A stretch of 64,000 nucleotides of DNA from Candidatus Marinacidobacterales bacterium (GTDB taxonomy: Bacteria > Acidobacteriota > Vicinamibacteria > Marinacidobacterales > DATDRI01): positions 3,872,001 through 3,936,000 of the forward strand of contig OZ245365.1 of NCBI GenBank assembly GCA_965226495.1, in the 5' to 3' direction. The position numbers and the translations under genes were made by a program. Shown one piece after another: positions 59,101 to 64,000 of the stretch (position 1 is its first letter; every line of letters starts with the position of its first letter). Under the pieces are notes generated by a model. The model worked only from the letters and a program-made list of their open reading frames with translations, was not told the origin of the DNA and did not search any database.

Positions 59101-62015
59101 CTCCGCCGCCTCCTCCTGATAATCGACCACCGATATCCGCTGTCACTGCCGATCCCACATCAGGAGTTGTGCCCTTGACGGTGAGCTTCGACGGTTCCGC
59201 GTCGACCGATCCCGATGGCGACGCATTAACCTTCAATTGGACCTTCGGCGACGGAGAACAAGGCTCGGGCGTATCGGTGAGCCACACGTATGCGTTATCG
59301 GGGACGTTCACCGCGACGCTCGCCGTTACCGACGGTCGCGGTGGTTCCGACACGAGCTCGGTCGTCATCACGGTAAGCGACAGCGTACCGCCACCGGTGC
59401 CTCCTTCGGTGGAATGGGACGCGCGACTGGACACGCTAGGGGTGTTCTTGGAAGAGGCGGATGTTGCGGCCGGCACCTTCTACTGGAAGCTCGTGAGCGC
59501 GGACTTCGAGAGCGATGGAGAAGTCCTGCCGCCACCGGGAGGAGGAAACGAGTCCGGGGGCCGACACGCGGTTTTTGTGAAAGCCCTCAACGAAGGCGGC
59601 AACCCCATCGAAAATCAGAAAGTCATCGCCTCTTGGCCCACCGGAAACCCGACCACCGCTGTCGAAGTGTTTACGAAGGGCCCGTTCGACAACTTCTGGG
59701 GTGACTTCCCCATGTCCGGTGGAAATTGGTGCCCCTCCTTCCCCGAGGGTCCTCGCGGTCCTTATGGCACTTACATCGGCGACGCCCGAAGCGACGCGGT
59801 GTGGGGCATGGCCATGCCGTGTAACCGTCACGTGAGCTTTCGGCTGGTTTGGCAGTGGACACAGAAAACCGGGGGCGATCAAAACGACCCGCCGCTCGCC
59901 TCGGCCTCGGCCAATCCCATCAACGGTAACGCCCCGCTCGTGGTGACGCTCGACGGAAGCGTCTCGAGTGATCCGGACGGGGATCCGTTGACGTACACGT
60001 GGAGCTTCGGGGACGGGCAAGCCGGCGCCGGCGCCATCGTCTCCCACACTTATGAGCAAAGTGGATCGTTCGACGCCACCCTGACCGTGGACGACGGGCG
60101 AGGCGCTAGCGCTAGCACAACGATTCGTATCGAGGTCGGGAGTATGGCGAACGCACCTCCCATCGCCTTCGCTTCCGCCAGCACGAACAGCGGCACCCTG
60201 CCCTTAACCGTGACCTTCGACGCTAGCGGCTCCTCCGATCCCGATGGCGACCCGTTGAGCTACTCATGGGATTTCGGTAATGGCCAACAAGGCTCCGGGG
60301 TGAGCGTCGCCCACACCTACGACCTCGCCGGTACTTTCAACGTGCATCTCACCGTACAGGATGGGAGGGGCGGCACCGATACCTCCGGCATCACCGTCAC
60401 CGCGATCTCGCCGGGAGGTGGAAACGCGAAAAGCAAGCTCACCATCCACGCTGGTTTCGGAGGACCTCTCTCCATGCAATTCGTGGCCGAGGCCAAGCCG
60501 CGCATCATCAAGATCCTGGATTCCTTCAGCGCGGCTCCCGAGATCAAACGCATTTCACCCGAGACCCAGATCATTGGCCGCGCCTTTCTCGCCAACCAGC
60601 CGATGGATGGAGACCCGATCCAACGAGCGCGCGAGTGGTGGAGCCAGAACGCCAACCTAATCCAACAGTTTCCAGACGTGGACTACTGGGAAGGCTACAA
60701 CGAGCCCATCATCCAGTCGGTGGAGCTGATGGGTTGGTTTGCCCAGTTCGAAGCGGAAAGGGTACGGATCCTAGCCGCTAACGGATTGAAGGCCGTCATC
60801 GCAAACTTCTCGGTGGGTAACCCCGATCTACCCCTATGGCCGGCGTTTTATCCCGCCATCGACGCCGCCATCGCCCATGGAGGGATCCTGGGACTCCACG
60901 AGTACGGCACTCCCATGCAACAACACTTCGACTTTGCGAGCGGAGAAGGATGGTTCGCTGGTCGTTACCGGAAGGTGTACCGCCAGTTCTTGATACCGGA
61001 AGGAAAGGTGATTCCTCTCGCCATCACCGAGTGCGGGGTGGATGTGGTCCCACCGGTGGGCTGGAAGAATCACTTCACCGAGGCGGAGTACCTCGATCAG
61101 CTCAAGTGGTACGACAGCATACTCCTCGAAGACGACTATGTTCTTGGAGCCACCATCTTCGCACTCGAGATACCGGGCTGGGGGAGCTTCGATATCGCCC
61201 TCATCGTCGATGAGCTCAGCGCCTACGTCGGCTCGCAAACGCTGCCGCCACCTCCCCCGCCCCCACCGAATGGCGAGCCCGACGCGATCGTCGAGTCGGT
61301 GTCCGTGGTGCCGGCCCAACCCGAACAGGGACAGGTAGTCACTTTCACCGCCACGGTAACGAATGTCGGTGGTGCTTCTACACCGGCCGGGGTTCCGATC
61401 GGGGTCGGGTATTTCGTCGACGGCGACTACAAGAGCTACGGCATCACGTCCGAGCCGTTGGCTGCGGGCGCCAGTGTGACGCTTTCGACGCAAGGCGGTC
61501 CCTGGACGGCGACCTCCGGAGCCCACACGCTCACCGCCTTGGTGGATGACATCAATCGTTTCGCCGAAAGCAACGAAGGGAATAACGAGCTCACCACGAG
61601 CTTCGTGGTCGCCGTACCCACTCCTGGTCCGGGACTACCCGATGTGATCGTCGATTCGGTCACGGCTGTTCCCGCTCAGCCGAGTCCAGGAGAGCAAGTG
61701 AGCTTTCACTCCGTCGTCCGGAACGTCGGGACGGCGGCGACCCCGTCCGGTGTCCCGGTGGGTGTCGCTTACTTCATCGATGGCGCGTACCAGACTTGGG
61801 GATCTGTGACGAGCTCCTTGGCTCCGGGCGCCACCGTCACTATCACCACTCAAGGAGGGCCTTGGGCCGCCGTTGCCGGCTCGCACCAGCTCACGGCGTT
61901 GGTTGATGACGTGAATCGCTTCACCGAGGCGAACGAAAACAACAACTCCACCTCGGCGACGCTAACCGTGGGGTCTTCGGGACCCCCCCCGCGCGGGTCA
62001 ACCTTTACGGCATGA
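56187..62015 (+). CDS. Very large secreted multidomain protein: GH-A-like barrel, carboxypeptidase-regulatory-like repeats, CBM-like domain, 3 PKD, second GH-like barrel, 2 CARDB
   Basis: Signal peptide; QIWNEP..HPY..MITE; PKD motifs DGSASTDPDGD..WTFGDG (three copies); EGYNEP..LHEY..AITECG; CARDB VDDINRFAESNEGNN (two copies); Pro-rich linkers. Confidence 0.85.
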   Translation: MKPSLDCRISKSQVLALLLTFLVGWSHATAQTRERRNFYGMHNLKDGGTSIPEGMNWTRHMVGEGGWVFDWVRGDYGKWVVDAMDRGLIPVLRVQDCNGGCDPNDGHPGNVAAIIRQHLETHRPEYLDRLVYFQIWNEPGDSRDFVSPARYASHLVAAYDGVKRADANDVFRVMTPGQNGEGWWQEAIRAVPAVCQAFDVWATHPYPESYPPRYNHHDGVPFINQVKTIDSYLLDLDVVGRVCDEVGSPRRGFPVMITETIYGNHLGISFEGYPKTTRGAACSPDGPCDFQMAAEYNVAAFTQFWHNWPEVLAVHPFILNNLAWDHFAFVSKTSGSRDSDPIPPWCPPQDPGAQTSWPPEYSEGAQRCGLPDFPYPQYVALLQTPKPLPASLEPYRGPVGSIRGFLRRSDTGEPVKYGTVFTDGREFGGPSLFDGQYAINDVPPGTYTLSVEKVGYRSESTTVTVQEGQEARVDFNLLFLGKVSKGIYFQNQGTCSDCDLFGPFLGQTITIPEDVGFIKFVAGMPNVGNLTIKFSVLEGGPSGPQVGPSVTAPLEWGGEMIGVEFPGDGVPVEPGQTYFVKMERTDGQGVYMYATDSNPYPDGIAYRGNDPLPGIDLFATVRGNTVAINSVAGSIEGRVEDAGNLPLAGARISTNPGNHTTTTDNGGQYLLSGIPAGIYRVTASLAGFSSQTVDDILVVENQTTTAQFTLEKDISTGAVTGTVLDPTGAPISDATVQLLPGGPSSVTDSAGSYSHTGLAPGTYDMRATKTGFVADERSGVQIVGGETTSVSFQLSPEPMPPLPDNLIANGDFSQGLDGWSVWVERGDLNPTINGGGTVHLSATGHNGGVYQTFETGGAGNTIDVSGSWASEPTIAQAQWAEVLVINGSNLPANGVDLNENTSGVVMIYKNDTWTSPGGWSGEMNQTAPVNQTGSFVATGDAATIVLKSGNLLGVSSGTLFDDIVVRGPAVVPPPPPPDNRPPISAVTADPTSGVVPLTVSFDGSASTDPDGDALTFNWTFGDGEQGSGVSVSHTYALSGTFTATLAVTDGRGGSDTSSVVITVSDSVPPPVPPSVEWDARLDTLGVFLEEADVAAGTFYWKLVSADFESDGEVLPPPGGGNESGGRHAVFVKALNEGGNPIENQKVIASWPTGNPTTAVEVFTKGPFDNFWGDFPMSGGNWCPSFPEGPRGPYGTYIGDARSDAVWGMAMPCNRHVSFRLVWQWTQKTGGDQNDPPLASASANPINGNAPLVVTLDGSVSSDPDGDPLTYTWSFGDGQAGAGAIVSHTYEQSGSFDATLTVDDGRGASASTTIRIEVGSMANAPPIAFASASTNSGTLPLTVTFDASGSSDPDGDPLSYSWDFGNGQQGSGVSVAHTYDLAGTFNVHLTVQDGRGGTDTSGITVTAISPGGGNAKSKLTIHAGFGGPLSMQFVAEAKPRIIKILDSFSAAPEIKRISPETQIIGRAFLANQPMDGDPIQRAREWWSQNANLIQQFPDVDYWEGYNEPIIQSVELMGWFAQFEAERVRILAANGLKAVIANFSVGNPDLPLWPAFYPAIDAAIAHGGILGLHEYGTPMQQHFDFASGEGWFAGRYRKVYRQFLIPEGKVIPLAITECGVDVVPPVGWKNHFTEAEYLDQLKWYDSILLEDDYVLGATIFALEIPGWGSFDIALIVDELSAYVGSQTLPPPPPPPPNGEPDAIVESVSVVPAQPEQGQVVTFTATVTNVGGASTPAGVPIGVGYFVDGDYKSYGITSEPLAAGASVTLSTQGGPWTATSGAHTLTALVDDINRFAESNEGNNELTTSFVVAVPTPGPGLPDVIVDSVTAVPAQPSPGEQVSFHSVVRNVGTAATPSGVPVGVAYFIDGAYQTWGSVTSSLAPGATVTITTQGGPWAAVAGSHQLTALVDDVNRFTEANENNNSTSATLTVGSSGPPPRGSTFTA

Positions 62016-62842
62016 ACATCGATCCCGCCAATCCTCATGGAAACCCGAGTGCGCAAGCGCTTCAAGAGATCGGCGTCCGTTGGGTGCGCATCGAAGGAAA
62101 GGTGTCACCCGGATTCGCCTTTTACGATTCCGTGATCGCTGCTTACCGCGACGCAGGAATCAAGGTGATGCTCCTTCTCGACTATGCCACCGTGCCGGGT
62201 AAACCGGCTTCGAACGCGGGGGACGCCGAGTGGGCATCGTATTTGGCAAGTTTCCTATCCGGCGTCAGCGCCGTCACCAACCACTATCGGGATAGTGTGG
62301 ACGCTTGGCAGATCTGGAACGAGCCCGACCTCTCGAACCCAGGAAGCGGCTACGATCCGGGAGTCCCCGCTCATCATTTCGGGGCCATGCTACGGGACGG
62401 CGTGGCGGCGATCCGTCCGTACTCTAGCCGACCGATTGTGACCGCGGGCCTGGCGAGTGGGGATCCGGAGTACCTGGCTCGGGCTCGCGATGCGGTCGGA
62501 GGACTGACCATCGATGCCGTGGCGGTCCATCCCTACGGACAGCGCGCACCCGACGACTGGCCCAACCCGCAGTGGGGTTTCGGGAACATGAGTGATCTAT
62601 TCGATCGTTATCTGGTCTTTGGCTTGCCGCTCTGGGTGACAGAGATCGGCACCGTCGACCAGACGAACCAGGCGGCCTATCTAGAAAACGTTTACCAATT
62701 GGCAGAGGGAGAATACGCCGGACGAGTAGAGAGAGTCTTCTGGTTCTGTTGGAGCGACGGGATGGTCCCTCCGTTCGGGGTCTTGAGCTCGAGCGACGAT
62801 CCGAAGCCCGCGTACTGGCGGTATCGTGATATCACTCCCTAA
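62012..62842 (+). CDS. GH-A clan-like (GH5/GH39-like) catalytic domain, probably the frameshifted C-terminus of the upstream gene
   Basis: GVRWVRIE, WQIWNEPD, AVHPY, PLWVTEIG, FWFCWSD; no signal peptide. The frame is open back to the C8 tract at 61983-61990. Confidence 0.8.
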   Translation: MNIDPANPHGNPSAQALQEIGVRWVRIEGKVSPGFAFYDSVIAAYRDAGIKVMLLLDYATVPGKPASNAGDAEWASYLASFLSGVSAVTNHYRDSVDAWQIWNEPDLSNPGSGYDPGVPAHHFGAMLRDGVAAIRPYSSRPIVTAGLASGDPEYLARARDAVGGLTIDAVAVHPYGQRAPDDWPNPQWGFGNMSDLFDRYLVFGLPLWVTEIGTVDQTNQAAYLENVYQLAEGEYAGRVERVFWFCWSDGMVPPFGVLSSSDDPKPAYWRYRDITP

Positions 62843-62897
62843 AGAGGGGATGGAGCTCTAAGAGCCAATTCCTAGCGGCCCGCTCGCCCGTTTCTTG

Positions 62898-64000
62898 CTA
62901 CTTCGGCGGCACATAGGGATCCAGCGTTCCGGGCTTGATGGGTGGATGCGCCTTCAACGAGGCTATGTGCTCACCCAACTGGCCCAATGCTGCCTTGGGG
63001 ACCCAAGTATTTGGAAAGAGAACGTTCTCGCGCTCCTGCGGATCACTAAGAAGATTGTAGACCCGCGGCATCCCGTACTCCACCGCCTTGCTCATGACCG
63101 AGTCCAACTCCTTGAAGTTCACTTTCCAGTTGCGCCATTTCACGCCGTAAATGTCGTTGCCCATATAGACAATGATCCCCTCACGGCCGGATTTTTCCTG
63201 CTTGCCGAGGAAGAAGCCGGACATGTCCATCCCGTCGATGAGACGGTCCTCGGGCACCTTCCCTCCGACAATGCGCGCAAAGGTGGGAACAGATCCATCT
63301 CGTGGACAATCTCATCGCTGGCGGTTCCAGCGGGGATCTTGCCAGGCCAACGCATGGCGAAAGGAACTCTCAGGGCGCCCTCGAAACCGGTAAAGTTGCC
63401 GTGTAAGGAAGATAGAGGAAGAACGGCTTGCCATTTTGCGACTGGCGTTTCAGGAAGTCGATCGCCTTCTCCGTGAGGTCACCATCGATGAGCGGACGGT
63501 AATCCAACCTGTAGGAGCGCACCTTGTTTGGCTTTTCGCCTTTACGTGCCTCCATCACGAAGGCTTCTTCAACCCCACTGTCCGCGAAGCCTTCCAGGGC
63601 AGTGTAGGCTGATTCGTCCGTCGAGTTCGGAACCCCATACCATTCATCGAAACCCTGGTCGGTCGGGAACCTGCCGTCCGTGCGACCCAGGTGCCATTTC
63701 CCGAACATGCCGGTGCTGTAGCCGGCATCAGAGAGCATTTCGGCCATGGTGACTTCCCATTGCACCAGTCCGTAAACGCCTTCGCCCAGGGGCGCAACTC
63801 CGTTGCCGCTTCTGATCGCATAACGACCGGTCATGATGGCGGATCGGGAAGGCGTGCACTAGACTTCGACGTTGAAGTTCGTCAATCGCAGGCCTTCGGA
63901 AGCCAACTTGTCGAGTCGAGGGGTCGGAGCGCCTCGAATGATCCCGCCGCCGTTGAAGCCCGGCTCCCCCCAACCGAAGTTGTCCATGAAGACGAGCACG
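62898..64000 (-). pseudogene. Arylsulfatase pseudogene; N-terminus lies beyond the right edge
   Basis: FMDNFGWG..TPRLD..NVEV-TAG(63859-63861)-CTPSR; GKWHLG; out-of-frame junction PYTAT / [11 protein letters not shown] near 63395; another frameshift near 63283. Confidence 0.85.

Noticed and set aside
61280-61970. Duplicated DNA segments as a diversity-generating retroelement TR/VR pair
   Set aside because: They are two in-frame CARDB domains with general divergence, not adenine-specific differences, and no reverse transcriptase is present.
34993-63861. Stop-codon reassignment (TAA/TAG read as Gln), suggested by two in-frame stops at probable Gln positions
   Set aside because: TAA and TAG terminate many intact genes in this window at the expected C-termini. 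C-to-T changes in CAA/CAG explain both cases, and the sulfatase has other lesions.
1-64000. CRISPR array, tRNA or rRNA genes
   Set aside because: I saw no regularly spaced repeats with unique spacers and no recognisable tRNA or rRNA motifs in the intergenic regions. This was by eye only.

Overview
GC-rich bacterial chromosomal window. The gene families and REP-like palindromes suggest Acidobacteriota, possibly Vicinamibacteria, but this is inference only. I recognised no rRNA, tRNA, CRISPR array or intact transposase. The window holds about 40 metabolic, signalling and envelope genes. Notable modules: (1) a sigma-54 activator with an unrecognised N-terminal domain, divergent from a VIT-vWA protein with a GlyGly-CTERM tail and an adjacent rhombosortase, with a visible -24/-12 promoter and two palindromic candidate enhancer sites; (2) a HEAT / HD-GYP / GGDEF c-di-GMP operon; (3) a cluster with two molybdenum hydroxylases (one selenium-dependent-XDH-like), an SsnA-like amidohydrolase, a D-aminoacylase and an LLM oxidoreductase; (4) a very large secreted PKD/CARDB protein that becomes a triple glycoside-hydrolase-like protein if one C is added to a C8 tract; (5) a 1.8 kb zone of gene remnants around a DUF222-like HNH gene preceded by a strongly self-complementary leader. 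Several genes carry homopolymer indels (possibly read errors), premature stops or internal deletions (probably real decay). All calls come from motif reading by eye; no database searches were run.
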